Source: an uncultured Actinomycetes bacterium (GTDB lineage: Bacteria > Actinomycetota > Acidimicrobiia > Spongiisociales > ZC4RG35). Taken from it: a stretch of 64,000 bases of DNA. How positions within the stretch are numbered: the first letter of the stretch is position 1; every line of letters begins with the position of its first letter. The stretch covers positions 32,631 to 96,630 of the forward strand of contig CALKIG010000008.1 of NCBI GenBank assembly GCA_937989945.1, written 5' to 3'. The position numbers were made by a program, and so were the translations under genes. Shown here one piece after another: positions 1-7,753 of this stretch. Below the pieces are notes generated by a model. It saw only the letters and a program-made list of their open reading frames with translations. It ran no database searches and was not told the origin of the DNA.

Positions 1-399
1 ACCTGTGTTGTGGACCGACGGGAGACCGACCTCGTCGACATCAAGAAGGAGTTGGGAATCGTCGAGGGGTTCGACGTGGCTCTGGAGATGTCGGGCAGCC
101 CGGCTGCCTATCAAGACATCCTCGACCATACGATTCACGGCGCCAACGTCGCACTGCTGGGAATTCCCGGTGAGCCGTTTCCCATCGACTGGAGCGTTGT
201 GATCTTCAACATGCTCAACCTCAAGGGGATCTACGGCCGCCAGATGTTCGACACCTGGTACAAGATGAACGTCCTCATCGAGTCAGGCCTCGACCTGAGC
301 CCCGTGATCACTCACCGCTACGACGCCGAGGAGTTCGAAGACGCTTTCGCAGCGGCCAGTTCGGCCGAATCAGGGAAGGTCTTGATCCTCTGGGATTGA
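1..399 (+). CDS. tdh: L-threonine 3-dehydrogenase, C-terminal fragment (5' end outside the window)
   Basis: Frame 1 is open from base 1. The tail ...LKGIYGRQMFDTWYKMNVLIESGLDLSPVITHRY...SGKVLILWD parallels the E. coli Tdh C-terminus as I recall it (GREMFETWYKM..SGLDLSPIITHRF..SGKVILSWD). Confidence 0.85.
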   Translation, partial: TCVVDRRETDLVDIKKELGIVEGFDVALEMSGSPAAYQDILDHTIHGANVALLGIPGEPFPIDWSVVIFNMLNLKGIYGRQMFDTWYKMNVLIESGLDLSPVITHRYDAEEFEDAFAAASSAESGKVLILWD

Positions 400-1233
400 C
401 TCACTCCGAGCGGTGAGCTTGTGATCGAGCCATTCGACCACTTCGGATACCAGCGCCGGGCCTTCGGGCTCATTGAAGATCTCATGGCGAAGTTTTGGGT
501 ACAGACGTCGCTCGACGGGCGGCAAGTCTGCGAGGGCAGCACTGGTACGCGCCGGGACGATCGTGTCGGCTCCACCATGCATGACCAGGGTGGGGAGATG
601 CCACTCATGAAGGCGGGAGCTCACGTCAGCTTGCGTCGAGAATATCTCGTTGCCGAGATGGGCCGTTGACTTCGTGAAGACCAGGGGATCGGCAAAGTAC
701 GCCTCGCCCACGTCGGGATCTCGGCTGAGCTGTGACCCTTCGAGAGCGTTGGGAACCAACAGCTTCGGCGCCACGGCCGCCAGTACCGGAGCAAGGGCCT
801 TCTGCCACCATGCTCCGCCTCCGATACTGGGGGCGGATAGGACCAGATAATCGGGCTGAGGATTATGGGAAAGCCCATATGATGCGGCAATGAGACCTCC
901 GAGGGAATGGCCCAGCAACACCACGGGGGCTCCACTCGAATTTCGGGTTTCGGTCACCAGCGCAGCGATTTGCCCCCAGTAGTCGCTCCATTCCCGGATG
1001 TACGCCCGGTCTCCCCCGCTTCTACCAAATCCGAACAGGTCCGGGGCGACGACTGAGTAGCCGCTCTCCGCGAGCAGGGTCGCGGTGCGCTCGTAGCGGC
1101 CGGCATGCTCGGCAAGCCCGTGGACCAGAACCACGGTTCCTTTCACGTTCGATTCGGGCGACCAACGGGTCAGGTGCTCGGCACCGTAGATCATGTGCTC
1201 GCGTTGATCCGTTGTGCGTCTGCCCTGGCTCAC
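370..1233 (-). CDS. alpha/beta hydrolase (lysophospholipase / monoacylglycerol-lipase-like)
   Basis: 287-aa ORF with the HG oxyanion motif (VVLVHGLAEHAGRY), the nucleophile elbow GHSLGG and a C-terminal H (KLRHEIFNE). It overlaps tdh convergently by 30 nt. Confidence 0.75.
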   Translation of the reverse strand: MSQGRRTTDQREHMIYGAEHLTRWSPESNVKGTVVLVHGLAEHAGRYERTATLLAESGYSVVAPDLFGFGRSGGDRAYIREWSDYWGQIAALVTETRNSSGAPVVLLGHSLGGLIAASYGLSHNPQPDYLVLSAPSIGGGAWWQKALAPVLAAVAPKLLVPNALEGSQLSRDPDVGEAYFADPLVFTKSTAHLGNEIFSTQADVSSRLHEWHLPTLVMHGGADTIVPARTSAALADLPPVERRLYPKLRHEIFNEPEGPALVSEVVEWLDHKLTARSESIPEDQDLP

Positions 1234-1285
1234 CTGGCCATACTAGGAGAAGCCCAAGCGCTGGGTTCTGGAATGGGTTCCGGGA

Positions 1286-2329
1286 TCACGACCTGTGAAA
1301 TGGTGGCTTGACCACGCTGCCGGCTACCCATCGCCCCCGAATCTCGACTTCTAGAGAGTCGCCAACTTCGGGAGGTGGCGCCACATACGCCATGCCGACG
1401 CCAGTCTCCAGCATCGGGCTCATGTTGCCCGAAGTCACCTTTCCGGTCCCCCGCTCCGTTCGCACCGGATAGTCGTGTCGGGGCACGCCACGACCCTCCA
1501 ACACGAATCCGATCAGACGGCGCTCCAGGCCATCATCCCGCTGCCGCTCCAAGGCATCCTTTCCTACGAAGTCGTGATCGAAGTCGACTGCGAAGCCGAG
1601 ACCAGCCTCGATTGGGGTCGTAGTCTCGTCCAGGTCCTGACCCCAAAGAGGAAGACCAGCTTCCAGCCGAAGAGTGTCGCGCGCACCGAGGCCACAGGGG
1701 CGGACGCCGTGTCTGAGCAACGCAGCCGCCACTGTTCGGGCTGTCTTGGGATCGGTGATCAGCTCGCCTCCAGGCTCTCCGGTGTATCCGGTGCCGGCAA
1801 GCCACACCGGGCCACCACCCCATTGGAAGTGCTTGGTGCGGAAGCGGCCCACGCTCTGTTCCAGCACGTCCTCGATGACATCCGGCCCTTCGGGCCCCTG
1901 GATTGCGATCATTGCGGTGGTGCTCTGCAAATCAGTGGTGGTCACTCCATCATGCTCGGCAAACGCAGCCATCACTCGAGGCTGATTGACGGCATTCGGC
2001 ATCACCCAGTACTCGTCGTCGGTGAGCCACCAGACAATGAGATCGTCCACCACTCCCCCGTCCTCACCGAGCATCATGCTGTATTGAGCGCGGCCGGGCT
2101 CGATGCGATCGAGGTTGTTGCACAGAAGCCGTGACAGGGCTTCTGCGGCGCCTTCGCCGCGAAGCGCGAACCGGCCGAGATGAGACACGTCGAAGAAACC
2201 TGCAGAGTTTCTTACCGCCTTGTGCTCCTCCAGAACGGACTCATACTGGACCGGCATCTCCCAGCCGCCGAAATCGATGAGCCGCGCTCCCAACTCGACA
2301 TTGAGATCGTGCAGAGGTGACCGGTTCAT
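1286..2329 (-). CDS. gcvT: glycine cleavage system aminomethyltransferase (T protein)
   Basis: N-terminus SPLHDLNVELGARLIDFGGWEMPVQY and length of 347 aa are typical of GcvT. The ATG overlaps the upstream stop as ATGA (2326-2329). Confidence 0.9.
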   Translation of the reverse strand: MNRSPLHDLNVELGARLIDFGGWEMPVQYESVLEEHKAVRNSAGFFDVSHLGRFALRGEGAAEALSRLLCNNLDRIEPGRAQYSMMLGEDGGVVDDLIVWWLTDDEYWVMPNAVNQPRVMAAFAEHDGVTTTDLQSTTAMIAIQGPEGPDVIEDVLEQSVGRFRTKHFQWGGGPVWLAGTGYTGEPGGELITDPKTARTVAAALLRHGVRPCGLGARDTLRLEAGLPLWGQDLDETTTPIEAGLGFAVDFDHDFVGKDALERQRDDGLERRLIGFVLEGRGVPRHDYPVRTERGTGKVTSGNMSPMLETGVGMAYVAPPPEVGDSLEVEIRGRWVAGSVVKPPFHRS

Positions 2330-2763
2330 CCGGTGAGACGTTCGCCGCGATCCTCGAGTCGAACAATCGTCGGTCGCCCTGGCATCCGCGTCGGCGCACC
2401 GACGTCCTCGAGGCTCTCAGGCTCCTCGAGCCCATACTTGACCACCAGATGGAGATAGTCGCGTTGATAGAAGACCTTGCAGTTGACGTCCGGATAGAGC
2501 TCACGAAGCTGACGAACCTTGCGATTCTTCTTCGTCACGAGTTTTTGATTCATCGTGGTGATCTCGATGAACAAATCGTCATCGGGTAGATAGAAGTCAG
2601 GAGTGAAGAACTGGGATGGCTCACCATCCTTGTCCCATGCGATTGGGAACGACTTTGGCTCGTACTCCCATCGGACCCCATAGAAGTCAAGGAGAAGTGC
2701 GAACTGCCGTTCGCTGTTGTGAGCGAAGGGGACTTCGTGAGCGCTGAGAGACTCGGTGCTCAG
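2326..2763 (-). CDS. hypothetical protein, possible PD-(D/E)xK-like fold; start codon unresolved (CTG 2763 proposed)
   Basis: The frame is open from the stop at 2836-2838. The first ATG/GTG/TTG is the TTG at 2574, but the 62 codons upstream read as ordinary protein (..AHNSERQFALLLDFYGVRWEYEPKSFPIAWDKDGEPSQFFTPDFYLPDDD..) with mostly G/C third positions. CTG at 2763-2761 overlaps the merR stop as CTGA. Confidence 0.5.
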   Translation of the reverse strand: MSTESLSAHEVPFAHNSERQFALLLDFYGVRWEYEPKSFPIAWDKDGEPSQFFTPDFYLPDDDLFIEITTMNQKLVTKKNRKVRQLRELYPDVNCKVFYQRDYLHLVVKYGLEEPESLEDVGAPTRMPGRPTIVRLEDRGERLTG

Positions 2764-3233
2764 GTGGCCCCCGCCTCGATAGCCCCGGCAAATACCTCGT
2801 GATCCGGATAGAGCTGATGGATGTCGCCTTCGACCTCAGTCTCTACCGGGCCAATCGCTATCCCAAACACACCCTGTCCCCTTCGGAACACATCCACGAC
2901 TTCCTCCTCGGAATGCGCTGCGTAGATCGTCTGGCCGTCACTCAGAAGAGTGACATCGGCAAGGGGACGGTCTGACTCCATCTGTTCCCGGAGTATCTCC
3001 ACGGCTTGGCGAATCTTCTTGAGGCTCATACCGGCGTCGAGGAGCCTCTTGATGACTTTGAGCTGTACGACGTCGGAGAACGAATAGAGCCGCTGCGAGC
3101 CAGAGCCCGCCGCCTTCTGGAGGGAAGGTGTGATCAACTCGGTGCGCGCCCAGTAGTCGAGCTGCCGGTACGTGATCCCGACCAGTTTGCACACCTGTGG
3201 GGCGCGATACCCAAATTCCCGCTCACCTGACAT
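2760..3233 (-). CDS. MerR-family transcriptional regulator (Rv1830-like position)
   Basis: ATG at 3233 is preceded by GGAGG. The HTH reads YRAPQVCKLVGITYRQLDYWARTELITPS...RLYSFSDVVQLKVIKRLLDAGMSLKKIR. The 69 aa further upstream in the track ORF overlap the neighbouring gene region and look spurious. Confidence 0.8.
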   Translation of the reverse strand: MSGEREFGYRAPQVCKLVGITYRQLDYWARTELITPSLQKAAGSGSQRLYSFSDVVQLKVIKRLLDAGMSLKKIRQAVEILREQMESDRPLADVTLLSDGQTIYAAHSEEEVVDVFRRGQGVFGIAIGPVETEVEGDIHQLYPDHEVFAGAIEAGAT

Positions 3234-3272
3234 GAAATCCTCCGGCTTACAAGGGCGTAATTCCGCCGCTGT

Positions 3273-3314
3273 CAGAAAGCTACCCGTTGTGCAGGTCCCG
3301 GTCAACGCTTTCTG
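3273..3314 (-). promoter_or_regulatory. putative sigma-70-type promoter of merR, bracketed by an 8-bp inverted repeat
   Basis: The minus strand reads CAGAAAGC-G-TTGACC-(17 nt)-TAGCTT-TCTG. The -35 TTGACC is at 3305-3300 and the -10 TAGCTT at 3282-3277. CAGAAAGC (3273-3280) and GCTTTCTG (3307-3314) are exact reverse complements. Confidence 0.4.
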
Positions 3315-3336
3315 TGGAAAACTCGCTCGGAGATGA

Positions 3337-3837
3337 TCAGTCTTCGCCCAGGAAATCTTCGACCGTGACCTCTTCGAGCATCTTGCGAAAGCGGTCGACC
3401 TCGGCTTCCTCGGACTCATCCTCGAACTCGACACCGGCATCGTCCATCACCGCCTCGAGTGCGAAAACAGGAGTCCCGGTGCGAGCCGCCAAGGCAATGG
3501 CATCCGACGGCCTCGAGGAGATGTGGACCTCTCTCCCACCAGCATCGATCTCGAGGTCTGCAAAGTAGACAGAGTCGCGCATCTCGGTGATCGTGACCCG
3601 CGTCGCCAGCGCGCCGACGGCATCGAGAACCGAGCGAAGAAGATCATGTGTCAGAGGCCTGGGCGGAACCACGCCTTCGAGGGCTGTGGCGATGGCGGTC
3701 GCCTCGTTGCCACCGATCCAGATCGGCAGGTACCTGGTGCCTTCGGCCTCCTTGAGAAGAACAATGGGCTGATTGGACGGAAGCTCGACACGGACGCCCA
3801 CTATCTCCATCGCGATGGGGTCGTGATTATCTGCCAT
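3337..3837 (-). CDS. bifunctional nuclease family protein (BFN/DUF151, Rv1829-like)
   Basis: 166 aa. MEIVGVRVELPSNQPIVLLKEAEGTRYLPIWIGGNEATAIATALEGVVPPRPLTHDLL is the characteristic BFN core. It sits in the conserved position between two MerR genes. Confidence 0.8.
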   Translation of the reverse strand: MADNHDPIAMEIVGVRVELPSNQPIVLLKEAEGTRYLPIWIGGNEATAIATALEGVVPPRPLTHDLLRSVLDAVGALATRVTITEMRDSVYFADLEIDAGGREVHISSRPSDAIALAARTGTPVFALEAVMDDAGVEFEDESEEAEVDRFRKMLEEVTVEDFLGED

Positions 3838-3885
3838 ACACCGGAGGTTATCACCGACCTCGCAACACCTGAATGAGCTCGGGGC

Positions 3886-4449
3886 TCAGAAGAGGTCGCG
3901 GGCCAGAGTCAATCGGTCTTCCACGAACGCCTCTATGTCGAGAATCGCCCAGAGGGAAGGAAGATTTCTGTAGAGACCTTCCCAGTCCAGCCCATACCCC
4001 ACGAGAAACTCATCCCCGACTTCGAACCCGCGGTATTCGATCGGCACGTCAGTGACTCTCCGCCTCGTCTTGTCGAGCAGACCCACCGTCGCCACCGAGC
4101 TCGCCCCTCGATCGATCATCATCTGTCGAAGCACGTTCAATGTGAGGCCTGTGTCGACTATCTCCTCGACAATGATCACATCCCTGTCGAAGAGGGGCCC
4201 TGAGGTGTCCATCGACAAGGAGATCCGGCCGCTCTCGCCAAACCGGTTGAGTGCCAGAAAGTCGATCTCCCCCGGGACCTGGACCTGACGGAGCAGGTCA
4301 GCCGAGAAGAGAACTGATCCTGTCAGGACCGAGACAAAGACCGGGTTTCGGCCTTCATAGTCGGCCGATATCGCATTGCCCAGCTCGGAGACGCGAGACC
4401 GGATCTCGTCCTCAGAGATGACTTCGGCGGCATAGTCGAACGCTCGCAT
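3886..4449 (-). CDS. hpt: hypoxanthine phosphoribosyltransferase
   Basis: PRPP-binding loop VIIVEEIVDTGLTL plus ..FVSVLTGSVLFSADLL.. and ..YRNLP.. are typical of Hpt. The ATG at 4449 lies 5 nt after the dac stop. The track start, TTG 4473, is an alternative. Confidence 0.85.
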   Translation of the reverse strand: MRAFDYAAEVISEDEIRSRVSELGNAISADYEGRNPVFVSVLTGSVLFSADLLRQVQVPGEIDFLALNRFGESGRISLSMDTSGPLFDRDVIIVEEIVDTGLTLNVLRQMMIDRGASSVATVGLLDKTRRRVTDVPIEYRGFEVGDEFLVGYGLDWEGLYRNLPSLWAILDIEAFVEDRLTLARDLF

Positions 4450-4453
4450 CCTG

Positions 4454-5575
4454 TCAGCTTCCCGCTCCGCCAAACCAGTAGAGCAGCGATTCCCAGATCG
4501 ACTCGGGACCTGAGGATGGTTGGATCACAGTCTCCACAACCGGGGGCGGATCTGGTGTCTCCTCTCCTCCCCCGATCGGTGATGGCCTATCGAGCATGAG
4601 GCCCTGACCTGCGAGGTGAACGAACGCCTCGGCATCGCGAGCGACGACCAGTGGGGTCGGGTCCACCCGGGGCAACCTGGTCACGTAAGGGTTGCCGGAG
4701 CTGAGCATCTCGAAATAGGGCATCGACTCGAAGGCATGATCCAGCAGGAGCTCGGCGTCGGCAAAGTGCGCCCGTCTCCCATCCGATCCGAGGAGGACGA
4801 CATAGATCCTCCGGCCGTCTCTCTCCGCTGCCGCGACGAACGTGAGGAGAGCCTGGTTGGTGAACCCGGTCTTCACTCCAATCATGCCCGGATAGTCATT
4901 GAGCATCAGATTGGTCGATTCAGAGAGTCGAGCGCTTCCATCGGGAGCCGGGGGGAAGGCCATCGCCCTGGTCCCGACCGTCTCCTCGAAGACGGGATGC
5001 ATCATGGCCACTTTCGTCATCGTGAGAAGGTCATTCGCCGTCGTGTAGTGACCGGGGGCATCGAGGCCATGCGGGTTGGCGAAACTCGTGTTCACGAGTC
5101 CCAACTCCGCAGCTCGCTCATTCATCATCGCAACGAACCCCTCAACCGATCCTGCAATGTGCTCCGCCAGAGCAGTAGCGGCATCGTTCGCAGAGTGAAT
5201 CATCAGCGCCTCAAAGAGAACCTCGACACTCACGGTCTCCCCCGCGACCAGGTCGATCTCCTTCTCTCCGGTCGCAGCGGCGTTTTCTGAGATGGTCACG
5301 ACATCGGACAGATCGGCATGCTCGAGCACCAAGAGCCCGGTCATGATCTTGGTCACCGAGGCCATGGAGCGCTCCTCGTCAGGTGATCTGGCGTCGATGA
5401 CCGCTCCTGCCGTCGCGTCATAGAGCACCCAGCTGGCAGCTGTCGGCGTAGGGGTCTCCGGCACCGGCCAGGGGTCGGCGACTTGGACCGGATACGTCAG
5501 CGGGGCGGCAAGCGCCGTCGCGCTGCCGCCAAGGATCATCACGAGGATGACTGCCAGGCGGACCAGATGTCTCAT
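4454..5575 (-). CDS. D-alanyl-D-alanine carboxypeptidase (serine-type, low-MW PBP)
   Basis: Signal peptide MRHLVRLAVILVMILGGSATALA. SxxK (SVTKIM), SxN (SAND) and KTG (VKTGFT) motifs are present. The start overlaps the upstream stop as ATGA. Confidence 0.85.
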   Translation of the reverse strand: MRHLVRLAVILVMILGGSATALAAPLTYPVQVADPWPVPETPTPTAASWVLYDATAGAVIDARSPDEERSMASVTKIMTGLLVLEHADLSDVVTISENAAATGEKEIDLVAGETVSVEVLFEALMIHSANDAATALAEHIAGSVEGFVAMMNERAAELGLVNTSFANPHGLDAPGHYTTANDLLTMTKVAMMHPVFEETVGTRAMAFPPAPDGSARLSESTNLMLNDYPGMIGVKTGFTNQALLTFVAAAERDGRRIYVVLLGSDGRRAHFADAELLLDHAFESMPYFEMLSSGNPYVTRLPRVDPTPLVVARDAEAFVHLAGQGLMLDRPSPIGGGEETPDPPPVVETVIQPSSGPESIWESLLYWFGGAGS

Positions 5576-6246
5576 GTGGTCAGAAAGCGCCTCAGCTCCC
5601 CGCGCAACATCGCCTTGTGCATCGCCTGGACCGAATCATTCGACGCAGTCAGGGTGTCTCTCGCCCGCTCCTGTGCTTCAGCGTTGTTCGCACGCAACAG
5701 AGGCTCGACGAGCTGGCGTAGCAACTCGCTCTCCCGGTCGACGGCGAGCTTGACGGCTCTGAGGTGGCGAGCTTCGAGTCCGAGCTCGAGCAGTCTCCGC
5801 GCCTCGAGCGCGATCACCCCTGTCTCGGCAGGGAAGACATCCGAGTCCGCCATCGGATTGATCACTTTCGCCTCAATGAGCGCATCCAGCTGCGACTCAT
5901 CAAGAGACGACCGCTTCAAGACATCGTCGCGGCTCAGCGGCTCCCCGGTCGACTCGATGTTCTTGGATGCAGACCGGGATGGAGCGACCTCCTCCCCACG
6001 TTCCCAAAGCGTCAACTTCGACTTGATCACCTTGAGAGGAAGAAAGTGGTCACGCTGCTGTTGGAGAATGAATCGGATTCGGGCTATCTCATCGGGCCCG
6101 AACTGCCGGTAACCGCTTGATGTGCGGTCGGGATCGAGCAGGCCCTGTGACTCCAGGAAGCGGATCTTGGAGACAGAGACGTCCGGGAACTCATCCCTCA
6201 GTTGGTTGATGACCTCGCCGATGCTGAGCTGATCTGTGTCAGACAT
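5572..6246 (-). CDS. MerR-family regulator (Rv1828 / FtsR-like)
   Basis: The ATG at 6246 overlaps the end of garA by 8 nt. The HTH reads LSIGEVINQLRDEFPDVSVSKIRFLESQGLLDPDRTSSGYRQFGPDEIARIRFIL. It lies directly downstream of the FHA gene, as in mycobacteria and corynebacteria. Confidence 0.8.
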   Translation of the reverse strand: MSDTDQLSIGEVINQLRDEFPDVSVSKIRFLESQGLLDPDRTSSGYRQFGPDEIARIRFILQQQRDHFLPLKVIKSKLTLWERGEEVAPSRSASKNIESTGEPLSRDDVLKRSSLDESQLDALIEAKVINPMADSDVFPAETGVIALEARRLLELGLEARHLRAVKLAVDRESELLRQLVEPLLRANNAEAQERARDTLTASNDSVQAMHKAMLRGELRRFLTT

Positions 6247-6673
6247 CGCCGTGCGCGACGACGAAGTGAAACCGTCCAACCAGGACTTCGTCACCCGGGG
6301 TGAGCGCTGAGGCGTCAACGCGTTCCTCATTGACGTACGTGCCGTTCGTCGACCCGCTGTCCTCGACGCGGAGGTCGTCGCCGCTGAGCACGAATCGGCA
6401 GTGATGTCGGGAGACAGTGACGTCATTGAGGAAGATGTCGCTCTCTGGATGACGACCCACCGTCGTGTTCCCATCCTTCAAGACAAAGGTCAGGCCCGCC
6501 CGAGGGCCTTGCTCGACAACCAGCGCATATCCCTCGAAACCACCGACGTGTGAAGCCTCGTCTCGCGAGAGGGGATGCTCGGCTCTCTCGCCGAGAGGCA
6601 CGAAGACCACCGTGGGGTCGTTCTCGACCTCCACGTCGCGGTCAGCCTGTTCCTTGCGGCTCTCGTCGTTCAT
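6239..6673 (-). CDS. garA: FHA-domain protein, GarA/OdhI-like
   Basis: The C-terminal FHA core is TTVGRHPESDIFLNDVTVSRHHCRF...VEDSGSTNGTYVNEERV. The N-terminal segment carries a single Thr in a TVVF context (DPTVVFVPL), analogous to the ETTSVF phospho-motif. Confidence 0.75.
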   Translation of the reverse strand: MNDESRKEQADRDVEVENDPTVVFVPLGERAEHPLSRDEASHVGGFEGYALVVEQGPRAGLTFVLKDGNTTVGRHPESDIFLNDVTVSRHHCRFVLSGDDLRVEDSGSTNGTYVNEERVDASALTPGDEVLVGRFHFVVAHGDV

Positions 6674-6718
6674 TTCGCCCCCGATGATATAGAGAATCTC
6701 CCCTTCAACCTGATTTGG

Positions 6719-7096
6719 CTACTCGGTCAGCTCCCGGTACGCCGTCGCGTCCAATAACGCCGAATCGTCGAGTTCGCCCTCAGGGTCGATCTCCACCAGC
6801 CAACCCTCCTCGTAAGGACTGCTGTTGACCAATTCGGGATTGTCCGCCACCGCCTCGTTCACGGCTGCGATCGTGCCCGCGACCGGGGAGTAGACCTCGC
6901 CAACCGACTTCGTCGACTCGACTTCGACGAGAATGTCCTCCTTGGCGACGGACTTGCCGACCTCCGGGATCTCGACGTACACGATGTCCCCGAGCTGATC
7001 CTGTGCGTAATCCGTGATGCCCACCCGAAGGCGCCCGTCGATCTGCTTGATCCACTCGTGCTCGTCGGTGTACTTCAGATCTTCGGGGACTTGCAT
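6719..7096 (-). CDS. gcvH: glycine cleavage system H protein
   Basis: Lipoyl-lysine motif VESTKSV, plus LKYTDEHEW and GITDYAQDQLGDIVYVE. The ATG at 7096 shares 1 nt with the pgsA stop (TGATG). Confidence 0.9.
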   Translation of the reverse strand: MQVPEDLKYTDEHEWIKQIDGRLRVGITDYAQDQLGDIVYVEIPEVGKSVAKEDILVEVESTKSVGEVYSPVAGTIAAVNEAVADNPELVNSSPYEEGWLVEIDPEGELDDSALLDATAYRELTE

Positions 7097-7707
7097 CAAC
7101 GCTCCTCTACTACCTGGCCGTGGCCGTCAGCCGACTCTAATCGCGATAGCAAAAGGCGCATGTCTCCTATGTACTCGAACATGACGAACCAATAAAGGAT
7201 CAACCCCAGCGTCCCGAAGAACCAGCCGAGTCCGGCCATGAGAGGTTCGAGAAAGCCGGCTGCCGCCAGGTAGAACGCAGGAATCGCGCCGTACAAGGCG
7301 AAAGTAGCGGCCTTGCCGAGGTGACGGACCTCAATCGTGCCCCCTCCCCTGGAGGCTAGATACAAGGCTAGAAGGCCCAACGTCACCTCCCTGACCAACA
7401 GGGGGATGCCGATTATCAGCGGAACGACCCCGGCGATCACACCCCCGACCACCGCAGATACGATCATCAGCCGATCGGCGATCGGATCGAGCAGCCTCCC
7501 CAGCTCACTCTCCTGCCCCAGCCGTCTCGCCAGGTAGCCGTCGACCCAATCAGTCCATCCGATGATGAAAACGAACCACGCTGCCAGGGCAACGTTGTCG
7601 TCCACCAGCAGGACCCACCAGAAGACGCCCACGCCGATCAATCTCACGAAGGAGACGAGATTCGGGATCGTAAGGATGCGATCCGAGCCATTTGCCGGGG
7701 TTGACAC
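7096..7707 (-). CDS. pgsA: CDP-alcohol phosphatidyltransferase (PgsA-like)
   Basis: Contains the signature DWVDGYLARRLGQESELGRLLDPIADRL (D-x2-DG-x2-AR-x8-G-x3-D-x3-D). Multi-pass hydrophobic profile. GTG start. Confidence 0.8.
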   Translation of the reverse strand: MSTPANGSDRILTIPNLVSFVRLIGVGVFWWVLLVDDNVALAAWFVFIIGWTDWVDGYLARRLGQESELGRLLDPIADRLMIVSAVVGGVIAGVVPLIIGIPLLVREVTLGLLALYLASRGGGTIEVRHLGKAATFALYGAIPAFYLAAAGFLEPLMAGLGWFFGTLGLILYWFVMFEYIGDMRLLLSRLESADGHGQVVEER

Positions 7708-7753
7708 CCCGGGCAGGGTAGATGGATCGCCTCGAGTCAGCCGTCTTCGCTCG

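Noticed and set aside
2330-2575. Glycine riboswitch expected upstream of gcvT
   Set aside because: The gcvT ATG overlaps the stop of an upstream coding frame (ATGA), so no leader exists. I could not recognise the tandem glycine aptamer consensus anywhere upstream.
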